A DNA stretch of 58,719 bases, from assembly GCA_014730255.1 (NCBI GenBank), contig WJIQ01000236.1:1-58719 (forward strand), in the 5' to 3' direction. Under the pieces are notes generated by a model. That model was not told where the DNA came from and made no database searches. It was given only the letters and a program-made list of their open reading frames with translations. How positions within the stretch are numbered: position 1 is the stretch's first letter; each line of letters starts with the position of its first letter. The position numbers and the translations under genes were made by a program. This document shows, in pieces, positions 18,997 through 27,552 of the stretch. The DNA comes from a bacterium (GTDB lineage: Bacteria; Krumholzibacteriota; Krumholzibacteriia; LZORAL124-64-63).

Positions 18997-19923
18997 TCAG
19001 GGGAGCTGGATCCTGCCCTGTCCCACCAGCACGCAGTGGCCGCCGACGTGGATGCTCACGGCGCGGCCGTTCGCCACCCTCGCCTCCACGAACAGGCGGC
19101 TCGGGCGGCCCATCTCCAGGCCCTGCTCGGCGACGAACGCGAGGTCCTGGTCCGTGCGAGCGAGGCGATGCTTGACCAGGTAGGCGGCCAGCGAACCGAC
19201 GGCCGCCCCGCTGGCGGGGTCCTCGGGGATCCCGAAATGCGGGGCGAACATCCGGCAGTGCACGGTGGCCTCGGGGCTCTCGGTCTCGAAGGTGAAGAGG
19301 AAGAGGTCGCCGAAGCCGAGGTCGCGGGCGATGGCGTCGGCCTCGCCGCGGCGCATCCGCGCCCGCTTGACCGCGGCCAGCGATCCGACGGGGACGACGT
19401 GGATCGGCAGGCCCGTCGAGATGATCTCGCAGGGCAGGCCGGTGATGGCCAGATCGCTCTCCTCGAGTCCGAGCGCCCGCGCGACCTTGCCGCGCTGGTA
19501 GTATTCGCCCAGGAACGACGGCGCGTCGTGGCAGAGGCTGTGGATGGTGCCCAGGCTCGTCTGGCGCGACGTGACCTCGAAGCGCCCGGCCTCCAGCTGC
19601 CAGACGAACGGTTCGTGGGCCCGCGCGGCCGGCGTCAGGCCCAGTTCCAGCAGCGCGAAGGCCGCCCCGAGGATGGCGTGGCCGGCGAACGGCAGCTCGA
19701 CCCGGGGCGTGAACACGCGCAGGGTCGCCTGCCGGTCCTCTGGCCCGACATCGGTCAGGACGAACGCCGTCTCGCCCTGCCCCATCTCCATGGCGAGCTT
19801 CTGCATGGTGTCGCCATCGAGACCGCTGGCCCCGGGGAACAGCGTCAGCCGGCTGCCGCCGAACGGGCGGTCGGTGAAGACGTCGATGAGCAGGAAGTCG
19901 AGCTGGTTCACGGGGCGTGGCAC
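18997..19923 (-). CDS. PhzF-family isomerase-like protein
   Basis: [20 protein letters not shown] and GETAFV resemble the PhzF/YddE fold and have the duplicated domain length (308 aa). GTG start; the exact start is uncertain (alternative GTG at 19911). Confidence 0.7.
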   Translation of the reverse strand: MPRPVNQLDFLLIDVFTDRPFGGSRLTLFPGASGLDGDTMQKLAMEMGQGETAFVLTDVGPEDRQATLRVFTPRVELPFAGHAILGAAFALLELGLTPAARAHEPFVWQLEAGRFEVTSRQTSLGTIHSLCHDAPSFLGEYYQRGKVARALGLEESDLAITGLPCEIISTGLPIHVVPVGSLAAVKRARMRRGEADAIARDLGFGDLFLFTFETESPEATVHCRMFAPHFGIPEDPASGAAVGSLAAYLVKHRLARTDQDLAFVAEQGLEMGRPSRLFVEARVANGRAVSIHVGGHCVLVGQGRIQLP

Positions 19924-19962
19924 CTCGCGGGCCGGTTGGGTTCCTGGCGGCGACGGGAGGGT

Positions 19963-19991
19963 AGCATAGGCGGTCGGCGCGCCGAAGACAA
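19963..19991 (-). promoter_or_regulatory. candidate sigma70-type promoter upstream of the phzF-like gene
   Basis: Minus strand reads TTGTCT-17 nt-TATGCT in the 83-nt gap between acpS and the phzF-like gene. Found by eye only. Confidence 0.3.
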
Positions 19992-20006
19992 CCGCCGGTT
20001 TCCCGG

Positions 20007-20387
20007 TCAGACGAGCAGCAGCACCGTCGCGATGGCATGGTCGTGTTCGTGGCTCATGGTGACCAGCGTCCAGCGCGCACCGAGGGCCTCCAGGGCCGAC
20101 CGGGCCGCTCCGTGCAGGTGCAGCTCGGGCTGTCCGCTCGTGCGGCGGACGACCTCGACGTCGCGGTAGGGGACACCGCTCGCATGGATGCCGAGGGCCT
20201 TGATGCAGGCCTCCTTGGCCGCCCAGCGCGCCGCCAGCGCGGCCGCCGCCGCCGCGCGATGCCGGCGCAGCACGGCCTGCTCCTCGGGCCGGTAGATCCG
20301 GTCGAGGAATCGCGGGCCGTGGCGATCGACGAGGTCAGCGATGCGCGCGACCCGGACGATGTCGGTGCCGAGGCCGAGGACGCTCAT
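20007..20387 (-). CDS. acpS: holo-[acyl-carrier-protein] synthase
   Basis: MSVLGLGTDIVRVARI...WAAKEACIKALG shows AcpS 4'-phosphopantetheinyl transferase motifs. 126 aa. ATG start with a GAGGA RBS. Confidence 0.85.
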   Translation of the reverse strand: MSVLGLGTDIVRVARIADLVDRHGPRFLDRIYRPEEQAVLRRHRAAAAAALAARWAAKEACIKALGIHASGVPYRDVEVVRRTSGQPELHLHGAARSALEALGARWTLVTMSHEHDHAIATVLLLV

Positions 20388-20403
20388 CGCCGATTCCTCG
20401 CCA

Positions 20404-21093
20404 TCAGTATGCCCCCTTGCGCTCGATGACCGCCGGCAGCGTGCGTAGCAGGATCCCCGCGTCGAAACCCAGGCTGCGCCGACGGACGTATTCCTGATCG
20501 AGCTGCATCCACTCCTCGAAATCCAGCTGGCTGCGTCCGGAGACCTGCCAGAGGCACGTCAGACCCGGCCGGGCGATCAGTCGCCGGGCCTGCTCCGGCG
20601 TGTACTCGGCCACCTCGCGGGGGATCTGCGGCCGGGGGCCGACGATCGACATGTCCCCCACCAGGACGTTCCACAGCTGGGGGAACTCGTCGAGGCTGCT
20701 GCGGCGCAGGAAACGCCCCACGTTCGTGATGCGCGGATCGTCCTTGATCTTGAACGCGGCTCCGGAGGCCTCGTTCAGGTGGCTGAGCTCGTCCTTGCGG
20801 GTCTCCGCGTCCATGCTCATCGAGCGGAACTTGTGGCAGTGGAAGAGCCGGCCCCGCTCGCCGACGCGGACCTGGCGGAAGAGCACCGGACCGGGCGTCT
20901 CGAGCTTGATCATGACCATGATCAACGGCAGCAGGGGTAGCAGCAGCGTCAGACCGACCAGCGCCCCGCCGAGGTCGAAGGCCCGGCGCACGACGTGGTA
21001 GAGCACTCCCGGATCGTGGTCGTACCCCTCCCGAACGTCGGCGATCACCGCGTCGTAGCCACCGCGGTCGTCGTAGAAGTTGCCGAGGCTCAC
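20404..21093 (-). CDS. undecaprenyl-phosphate sugar phosphotransferase (small Bac_transf-type PGT)
   Basis: This is the 3' part of ORF 20404..22302. GTG at 21091-21093 overlaps the upstream stop (GTGA). Signature RSSLDEFPQLWNVLVGDMSIVGPRP and a single N-terminal TM. Confidence 0.8.
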   Translation of the reverse strand: MSLGNFYDDRGGYDAVIADVREGYDHDPGVLYHVVRRAFDLGGALVGLTLLLPLLPLIMVMIKLETPGPVLFRQVRVGERGRLFHCHKFRSMSMDAETRKDELSHLNEASGAAFKIKDDPRITNVGRFLRRSSLDEFPQLWNVLVGDMSIVGPRPQIPREVAEYTPEQARRLIARPGLTCLWQVSGRSQLDFEEWMQLDQEYVRRRSLGFDAGILLRTLPAVIERKGAY

Positions 21094-22694
21094 GGCTCGC
21101 CCCCCGGCCGCGCCGGGTCCCGGGTCCAGCGATCCAGCGTCACCCCGGGCCCGGCGTGGACCCGCACCAGGCGCCCCGCGCGCCGCAACGCATCGGGCAG
21201 GAGCCCGGCCGGATCGAGATCCCACGCCCGCGCGCTGAGGAACCACGCGGCGTCGTGGCCGGCGAGCTGGCGCGCGACCAGCGCATCGGCGTCCGCCGGC
21301 GTCGCGAGCCGGTCCTCGTCCCAGCAGCCGTACACCGGGCGGGCATCCTCGAGGTAGTAGCGGACCACCGGGCCGACCGTCGGCGAGAGCACCGGCGTAT
21401 CCGGCTCGCCGCGCGCGACCAGGGCGGCGACGGCGCCGCGGACGTCCTCCTTGGCGTAGTCGCGATCGAGGTAGAGGCCGAGCAGGGACATTACGCTGAG
21501 CACGACCAGGGCCGCGCCGAGGATCCGCCGCGGCCAGAGCGCCAGCCGCACCAGCCCACAGGACACCAGCGCCATCAGCGCCGGCCAGACCACCGCGACG
21601 TACCGCACGTTGAACGGCTTGACGTTGCGCACCGCCAGCAGGACGACGGCCACCAGCGGCACGACGATCCAGAGCAGGACGACCCAGCGTCGACGCCCGA
21701 GTCCGGTCAGGCCCATGAGCAGCGGGCCGGCGGCCGCCAGCGCCCCGGCGGTGATCACCGGCGCGTGCCGCACGACCGCGTCGATCCGATCGGGCTGGTG
21801 CAGCTCGGCGAGGGACGGCCCCAGCGAGAAGCCGTACATGAGCGCGAACGCCGAGAACGGGATCGCCCAGGGGCTGAAGGTCGTCTCGCCGCGAAGCGCG
21901 GCCCCGGTCTCGGCCCCCGGCACGACGCGCCCGACTTCCCAGATACCCGCGGCCTCCAGGAGCCAGGGCAGGGCCAGCAGCACGCCACCCCCGAGCGCCA
22001 GGCACCACAGCGACCACTCGCCCACGCGGCGCGGCCGGGCCGCCAGGAGGACCGTCAGACCGTAGGCCACCAGCAGGAGCACGAACGAGAAGTTGCTCAT
22101 CAGGCCGGCGCCCACCAGCAGGGCGAGCCCGATGGCACGGCCGGGCGTGATGCCGCGCTGGAGGATCGTCAGCAGCACGATGCCCGAGGCCGTGGCGAAG
22201 AGCATGACGAAGCTGTAACCGCGCGCCTCCTGCGCGTACCAGGCGGCGAACGGGCTGATCAGGGCCAGCAGAGCCGCCAGGCGCCCGGCGTCGCGGCCCC
22301 ACAGCCGACCCGCCAGGACGCCCACGAGCGGCACGGTGAGCGCCGAGGCCAGCGCCGCCGGCAGCCGCAGCATGAACGCCGTGTCCGCCAGCCGCAGGAG
22401 CGGCCAGGCGGCGGCATGGTACAGCGGCCCCTGGTAGGCGGCCAGGATGCGGGTCGCGAAGTCGGCGTCGCCCGCCGGGGCCACCAGCTGCCAGGTGAAG
22501 ACCTCGTCGACCCAGATCGACATGGCATCCAGCCGCAGCAGCCGCAGGAAGACGGCCGCCAGCCCGATCCCGAGCAGGAAGACGGCGCCGACGGTCCGCT
22601 CGCCGTCGTGGTCCTCGTCCACGAGCCAGCCCGCCGGTGGCACCAGCGATCCCTCGCCCGGCCGTCGCGTCGATCGCTGGTCAGTCAACGGCAC
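21090..22694 (-). CDS. GT-C fold glycosyltransferase (GT39/ArnT/PMT_2-like), polytopic membrane protein
   Basis: 534 aa with more than 10 TM helices. A first-loop acidic motif WVDEVFTW is typical of ArnT/PMT-like enzymes. GTG start; the exact start is uncertain (14-nt overlap with the upstream gene). Confidence 0.6.
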   Translation of the reverse strand: MPLTDQRSTRRPGEGSLVPPAGWLVDEDHDGERTVGAVFLLGIGLAAVFLRLLRLDAMSIWVDEVFTWQLVAPAGDADFATRILAAYQGPLYHAAAWPLLRLADTAFMLRLPAALASALTVPLVGVLAGRLWGRDAGRLAALLALISPFAAWYAQEARGYSFVMLFATASGIVLLTILQRGITPGRAIGLALLVGAGLMSNFSFVLLLVAYGLTVLLAARPRRVGEWSLWCLALGGGVLLALPWLLEAAGIWEVGRVVPGAETGAALRGETTFSPWAIPFSAFALMYGFSLGPSLAELHQPDRIDAVVRHAPVITAGALAAAGPLLMGLTGLGRRRWVVLLWIVVPLVAVVLLAVRNVKPFNVRYVAVVWPALMALVSCGLVRLALWPRRILGAALVVLSVMSLLGLYLDRDYAKEDVRGAVAALVARGEPDTPVLSPTVGPVVRYYLEDARPVYGCWDEDRLATPADADALVARQLAGHDAAWFLSARAWDLDPAGLLPDALRRAGRLVRVHAGPGVTLDRWTRDPARPGGEP

Positions 22695-23454
22695 GCTCCG
22701 TGGCCGGGGTGTACTCGCGCAGGTTGGCCGCGATGTTGCCCACGGGAAGCTTGGTGGTCATCATCACGGGGATCCGACGCTCGTCGGCCGTGAGATAGAT
22801 CATCAGGTCGCCCTCGTGCTTGAACAGGCCCTCGCCGACCATGACCGGCTGGATGACGAAGCAGTCGAATGTGCCGAAGTCCGTCTCCACCGCCTCCTGG
22901 CGGTGCACGATCACGCGCATGTCGTACGACTCGCGAGAGCTGTGTGCCGAGAAGAGTACGTCTTCGCCCACCTCCAGGTCCAGCGTCCTGACGTAATAGA
23001 AGGCCGACAGGACGTCGTGCACGCCGGAAGGGACGTCGTACTCCTTGCCGTTGTGGTAGCGGGCCTTGCCGGCCTCGTGATCGAACTCGATCTCGACCGT
23101 CTTCTTGTACGGCCCCTCCCGCAGGCGCTTCATGAAGTACCGGCTGAACAGGCGCTGCTCGTCGACGTAGCTCACCACCTTGTCGCGCACGCGGAATATG
23201 CCCGAGAAGAACCCGTTGCTCCGGGCCGTGCTCTCGACACGGTAGCAGGACGAGCCCTCGAAATCGACCATGCCGACGATCTCGAGCACCCCCTCGCCGG
23301 CGTTGATCACGCCATAGTCGATGGAGAAGACCATCCGCTCGCCGACCCCGAACGGCCGGGACGGCGAGGGCTGCTCGCCGTCGGCCCGGGTTCCGTGGGC
23401 GGCCGTGAGCGCGAGGATGACCAGCAGGCTGCGGGACAGGGTAGGGTGTATCAT
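22681..23454 (-). CDS. DUF3108-like secreted protein (257 aa)
   Basis: ORF 22681..23682 with the start moved to ATG 23452-23454 (GGAGGAG RBS). Signal peptide LLVILALTAAHG. The pattern ERMVFSIDYGVINAGEGVLEI...YRVESTARSNGFFSGIFRVRD resembles DUF3108. Confidence 0.55.
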   Translation of the reverse strand: MIHPTLSRSLLVILALTAAHGTRADGEQPSPSRPFGVGERMVFSIDYGVINAGEGVLEIVGMVDFEGSSCYRVESTARSNGFFSGIFRVRDKVVSYVDEQRLFSRYFMKRLREGPYKKTVEIEFDHEAGKARYHNGKEYDVPSGVHDVLSAFYYVRTLDLEVGEDVLFSAHSSRESYDMRVIVHRQEAVETDFGTFDCFVIQPVMVGEGLFKHEGDLMIYLTADERRIPVMMTTKLPVGNIAANLREYTPATERAVD

Positions 23455-23530
23455 GGCTCCTCCTGCAGGGATGCGACGACGTTTCCTGGCGCCAACAGTC
23501 CCGGCGGCGGCCCGGTTCCCGGCGTGGACG

Positions 23531-24691
23531 TCACACCGGAGCCGGGGGGGCGAACGGATGCGCCTGCAGTGCCTGGAGTACCCGTGCGGGCACCAGATCG
23601 GGCAGGCAGATGAAGGCGTCGCACTGGTGGCGATCGCAGGGATGGCAGGCCGGACGGGTCGCCAGGACCCGGTACGGACCATGCCCCTCGTACGGGAACC
23701 ATATCTCCGGCGCGGTGGGACCGAACAGCGCGAGCGTGGGCACCCGCATGCCGACGGCCGCGTGCATGATGCCGCCGTCGACGGTGACCAGGCGCCGGGC
23801 CGCCGCGACCACGGCGAGCGCCTCGGGAAGCGCCAGCACCGGCAGGACCCCCCCGCGGCCGGCCGGAATCGCCCCGGCCAGCGCGCGCCCCACCTCGGGC
23901 CGACCCGGCGGCTGCAGCACGACCGGCGTCTCGCCGGCTCCGGCGAGCTCGCCGGCCACCGTCCGCCAGTGCTCGAGCGGCCACTCCTTGGTGGGCCAGG
24001 TCGCCCCCGGTGCCAGCAGCGTGAACGCCCCGGACGCAGCGTCGAGCTGCTCGAGCTGGGCGGTCACCGACCGGTCCAGGGGCGGTCGGGCGAGGCGTGG
24101 TCCGATCAGGCCGCCCTGCCGCGCCTCGGCGAGCCAGTCCGTGGCCGGCCGCCCGTCGAGCTCCAGCGGAGCGAGGCGCTGCAGGTGATCGGCGAGCCCC
24201 CCTCCCCCGGTCAGCCGCTCGACCAGGGTGCGGACGGCTCCCGGCACGCGCGCGACCCGGTGGGTGTACAGCCGCCCGCGACTGCGGCTCTCCGTCCCGC
24301 CGATCCGACGGGGAATGCCCGCGAGGGCGAGCAGCCAGGCGCTGCGAGGATTGAAGAACAGGTCCACCGCCAGGTCGTAACGCTCCCGACGCAACGCGCG
24401 CACGGTCGCGACCGTCCCCCGCGCCGGGGTGACGTTGGTCGCCACGGCCGCTGCCCTGGCGCGGGCATCGGCACCGCGTCGCCGGGCGCCGAGCGCGTGC
24501 ACGCGCGCGACGTCCGGCTGTCCGGCCAGCACCGTCGCGTGCGACGCCTCGCACAGCACGTCGATCCGGAGATCCGGGTCGCCGCGGCGCAGCATCTCGA
24601 TCACCACGGTCGACATCACGACGTCGCCCAGGTACCGCAGGCGCGTGACCAGGACCCGGCGCAGGGGGCGTCCGTCCAGGCGCCAGCTCAT
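23531..24691 (-). CDS. glycosyltransferase family 9 (heptosyltransferase-like)
   Basis: RVLVTRLRYLGDVVMSTVV and VDGGIMHAAVGMRVPTLALFGPT are GT9 signatures. ATGA overlap with the gmhB stop. Confidence 0.75.
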   Translation of the reverse strand: MSWRLDGRPLRRVLVTRLRYLGDVVMSTVVIEMLRRGDPDLRIDVLCEASHATVLAGQPDVARVHALGARRRGADARARAAAVATNVTPARGTVATVRALRRERYDLAVDLFFNPRSAWLLALAGIPRRIGGTESRSRGRLYTHRVARVPGAVRTLVERLTGGGGLADHLQRLAPLELDGRPATDWLAEARQGGLIGPRLARPPLDRSVTAQLEQLDAASGAFTLLAPGATWPTKEWPLEHWRTVAGELAGAGETPVVLQPPGRPEVGRALAGAIPAGRGGVLPVLALPEALAVVAAARRLVTVDGGIMHAAVGMRVPTLALFGPTAPEIWFPYEGHGPYRVLATRPACHPCDRHQCDAFICLPDLVPARVLQALQAHPFAPPAPV

Positions 24692-25275
24692 GGCCGGTCC
24701 TCCAGCGCGGTCGCGATGGCGGCCGCGAGGTCGGGCCGCACGAGCACGCCCTCGCGATCGACCAGGCGCCGCCGTTCATCCGCGCCGTGGCCGGTGAGCA
24801 CGAGGATCCCGCGCAGGCCCGCGGCCCTGGCCAGGTCGACATCGGAGACCTTGTCACCGATCACCCAGGACCGCGCCGGGTCCCAGAAGAACTCGCGGGC
24901 CGCCTCGTCCAGCAGGCCGGTGCGCGGCTTGCGGCAGGCGCAGCCGTCCTGCGGCGCGTGGGGACAGTAGTAGAAGGCATCCAGCGGAGCATCGGCCGCG
25001 CGCAGGAGCTCGTCCAGGCGGGTCATGACCGCGTCCAGCTCCGCGCGCGCGAAACGGCCGCGCCCGAGGCCCGACTGGTTGGAGACCCCGATCAGCCGGT
25101 AGCCGGCCGCGCGCGCGCGTCGCAGCGCCCCCGCGGCTCCGGGCACGAGTTCGACCTGCGCAGGGTCGGCGAGGTAATCGCGGTCGACGTTGAGGCATCC
25201 GTCGCGGTCCAGGAACAGGGTCGGACGCGGCGTCGCATCACGCGCGGGCGGCTCGATGTCGGGCCATCGCGTCAT
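24688..25275 (-). CDS. gmhB: D-glycero-D-manno-heptose 1,7-bisphosphate phosphatase
   Basis: This is the 3' part of ORF 24688..26124. ATG at 25273-25275 with an ATGA overlap. HAD motif FLDRDGCLN and the GmhB Zn-loop CPHAPQDGCACRKP. Confidence 0.8.
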   Translation of the reverse strand: MTRWPDIEPPARDATPRPTLFLDRDGCLNVDRDYLADPAQVELVPGAAGALRRARAAGYRLIGVSNQSGLGRGRFARAELDAVMTRLDELLRAADAPLDAFYYCPHAPQDGCACRKPRTGLLDEAAREFFWDPARSWVIGDKVSDVDLARAAGLRGILVLTGHGADERRRLVDREGVLVRPDLAAAIATALEDRP

Positions 25276-26381
25276 GGGGCCCCTCCGTCGGGCGCACGGT
25301 CGAGCAGCTGCTCGAGGATCCCGACGACCCGCTCGGCGGTGATCGTCTCGAGGCAGAAACGGGGCTGGTCGCACTCGCGCCGGAAGCACGGCTGGCACGG
25401 GAAGCCGTCGGCCGCCAGGGCCAGCGCGCGTGGTCCGCGCGGCGCGGTCCAGGTCACGCTGCTCGACCCGAACAGGCCCAGCGTCGGCAACCCCAGCGCC
25501 GCGGACAGGTGCATCACGCCGCTGTCGTTGCCGACGTACGCCTCGGCCGCGCGCAGCCACGCGATCAGCTCGGGCAACGACGTGCGCCCGGTCAGGTCGA
25601 CCACCCCCGGCCCGGACGTCGGCGCGTCGTGCCACGGCAGGTCGGCCGTCCGGGCCCGCAACGCGCTCGCCAGCTCCCGGCTCTGGGGATCGCCGGTCAG
25701 CGCCACCCGCCGCCCGCAGCGCCCCACGGCCAGCCGCAACCAGACGGCCTGGTTGTCCACCGGCCACACCTTGGCCGGACCGTACGTCGCGCCGGGCGCC
25801 AGCACCCAGAGCGGAGGTCCCGGTTCGAGCACGCGCGGGGCGATCGCCTCGAGCGCGGGCCAGCGGGGGGACCGGTCGCCGGGTGCCGGCGTCGGCAGGG
25901 TCCCGCCCAGCTCGGCGACGACCGCCGAGGCCAGGTCCCGCAGCTCGTCCGCATGGTGGCGGGAGCGGGGCGGACGGGTCGTGGCAACCGGAGGGGTGAG
26001 CAGCCACGACCGGCCACCCGTCGCCTCGCCCACCCGCACGGGGATGCCCGCCAGACGCGCGGCGAGGGCCGCACGCAGCGACGGGGGCCCGAGCACCACC
26101 GCGTCGACTCCGAGCCGTCGCCACTCACGGGCCAGCCGCACCAGGCCGGCCGTTCCGGCGTGCCGTCCGTCGCGCTGGTAACAGTGCACGCCGGTCAGCC
26201 TGGGGTCGCCCTCGACGAGGGGCGACCAGCGGCGTCGGACCGACACGTGGATCGCGTACGGCCGCCCCGCACCGTCGCGGGCGGCGACGAGGTCGCCGAG
26301 CAGGTCGGAGGCCATGACCACGTCTCCGAGCCAGTTGGGCAGGGCGACGAGGATCGAGCGCGGACCGTCCGGGCCGGTCAT
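25272..26381 (-). CDS. glycosyltransferase family 9 (heptosyltransferase II/WaaF-like)
   Basis: ILVALPNWLGDVVMASDL and GNDSGVMHLSAALGLPTLGLFG are GT9 signatures. ATGA overlaps at both ends. Confidence 0.75.
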   Translation of the reverse strand: MTGPDGPRSILVALPNWLGDVVMASDLLGDLVAARDGAGRPYAIHVSVRRRWSPLVEGDPRLTGVHCYQRDGRHAGTAGLVRLAREWRRLGVDAVVLGPPSLRAALAARLAGIPVRVGEATGGRSWLLTPPVATTRPPRSRHHADELRDLASAVVAELGGTLPTPAPGDRSPRWPALEAIAPRVLEPGPPLWVLAPGATYGPAKVWPVDNQAVWLRLAVGRCGRRVALTGDPQSRELASALRARTADLPWHDAPTSGPGVVDLTGRTSLPELIAWLRAAEAYVGNDSGVMHLSAALGLPTLGLFGSSSVTWTAPRGPRALALAADGFPCQPCFRRECDQPRFCLETITAERVVGILEQLLDRAPDGGAP

Positions 26382-27526
26382 GCGCCGGGCGCCGGCAGCG
26401 GCCCCGAACCGGGCGCCAGGTCGGGATCGTCGGCCCCACCGTCGGGCGCGGCGTCACCGGGCCCGGCGTCGCGCGTCACCTCGCCCACGGTGTCCATCAG
26501 GGTGGCGATGTCCACCTTCTCGCCGCGCGCGATGCGCAGCATGGCGGCCCGCGCGCCCGTCGGCTCCCAGGCCGGCTCGACGTGCGACCCGAACAGCCCG
26601 ACCGTCGGCACGCGCCGCGCGACCGCCAGATGCAGGAGATCCGTGTTGCCGGCGAGGAACAGATCGCATTGCGCCACGAGCAGGAGCGTGTCCAGCAGCG
26701 TGTCGCGATTGAAGGCCGGCGGCACCGGCGAGGTGAGCTCGGACTCGAGGCGTGCGCGGCGATCTTCCTGGCCGGGTACGCAGAGCGGCAGGATCCGGCA
26801 GGAGACCTGCGTCTTGAGCTGACCGGCGATGAACAGGAGATTCTGCGGCGAGACCGCCCGGCCGGAACGGTCCGGGCCCGGGTCGATCCCGACCAGCCAT
26901 TCGTCGGGTCTCGGCTTGTTGAAGTGCACGAGCTGGGCGACCTGCCGGACCTTGTCCCGCGGCAGCGGCCACGCCGTGCGGAAGGGCTGATCCTCCAGGC
27001 CCAGGAAGGGCGCCAGCTGGAGCATCCGGTCGCCGTGGTACCGGGTGCCGTCACCGGCGCGCAGCTCGAGGTTGATGGCCGGCCAGGCCCCGTCGTGCGA
27101 CGGTCCGAGGCGCATGGCCGCCCCGCTGCCCAGCGCCAGGTTCTCCAGGGCCGGGCACGGCTCGTTCGCCACGATCATCGCCACGTCGTAGCCCGTCTGC
27201 GCGAGCGATCGCTGCAGCGACCGGTAGGCCGGCTTCCAGCCGCTGAGCTGCTTCTCGCCGTAGACCAGGACCTGCCGGGCGAGTCCGCTGGGGATGACCA
27301 GCGGCGCGAACGCCTCCGGCACCAGGAAGTCGATGGACGCCCCGGGCCAGCGGCGGCGCATCGCCGCCAGCAGCGGCGCGTGGAACTGCAGCGCGGCGAG
27401 GTCGGCATCGACCAGCACCAGCACCCGCGAGGAATCGTGGATCTGCCCCGGCACCCGGAAGGCGGGCGATTCCCGGTGGCCGGACAGCGCTTGCTTGAGC
27501 TTCTCGAGCACGGGCATCCATCCCAT
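26378..27526 (-). CDS. divergent glycosyltransferase family 9-like protein
   Basis: LFLAGNTDLLHLAVARRVPTVGLFG is a GT9-like C-terminal signature, and the N-terminal half is divergent. The start could be ATG 27526 or 27517. Confidence 0.6.
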   Translation of the reverse strand: MGWMPVLEKLKQALSGHRESPAFRVPGQIHDSSRVLVLVDADLAALQFHAPLLAAMRRRWPGASIDFLVPEAFAPLVIPSGLARQVLVYGEKQLSGWKPAYRSLQRSLAQTGYDVAMIVANEPCPALENLALGSGAAMRLGPSHDGAWPAINLELRAGDGTRYHGDRMLQLAPFLGLEDQPFRTAWPLPRDKVRQVAQLVHFNKPRPDEWLVGIDPGPDRSGRAVSPQNLLFIAGQLKTQVSCRILPLCVPGQEDRRARLESELTSPVPPAFNRDTLLDTLLLVAQCDLFLAGNTDLLHLAVARRVPTVGLFGSHVEPAWEPTGARAAMLRIARGEKVDIATLMDTVGEVTRDAGPGDAAPDGGADDPDLAPGSGPLPAPGA

Positions 27527-27552
27527 TCGCCCGGCCGGCAGGGCCGACCGCG

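Noticed and set aside
21156-22793. 545-aa plus-strand ORF, and similar plus-strand ORFs at 52257..54941, 15096..17510 and 17621..19183
   Set aside because: All are antisense to genes with clear family signatures (GT39-like, the mrfA-like helicase, GlmL-like and acyl-CoA dehydrogenase). All have low-complexity, charged and Pro-rich translations.
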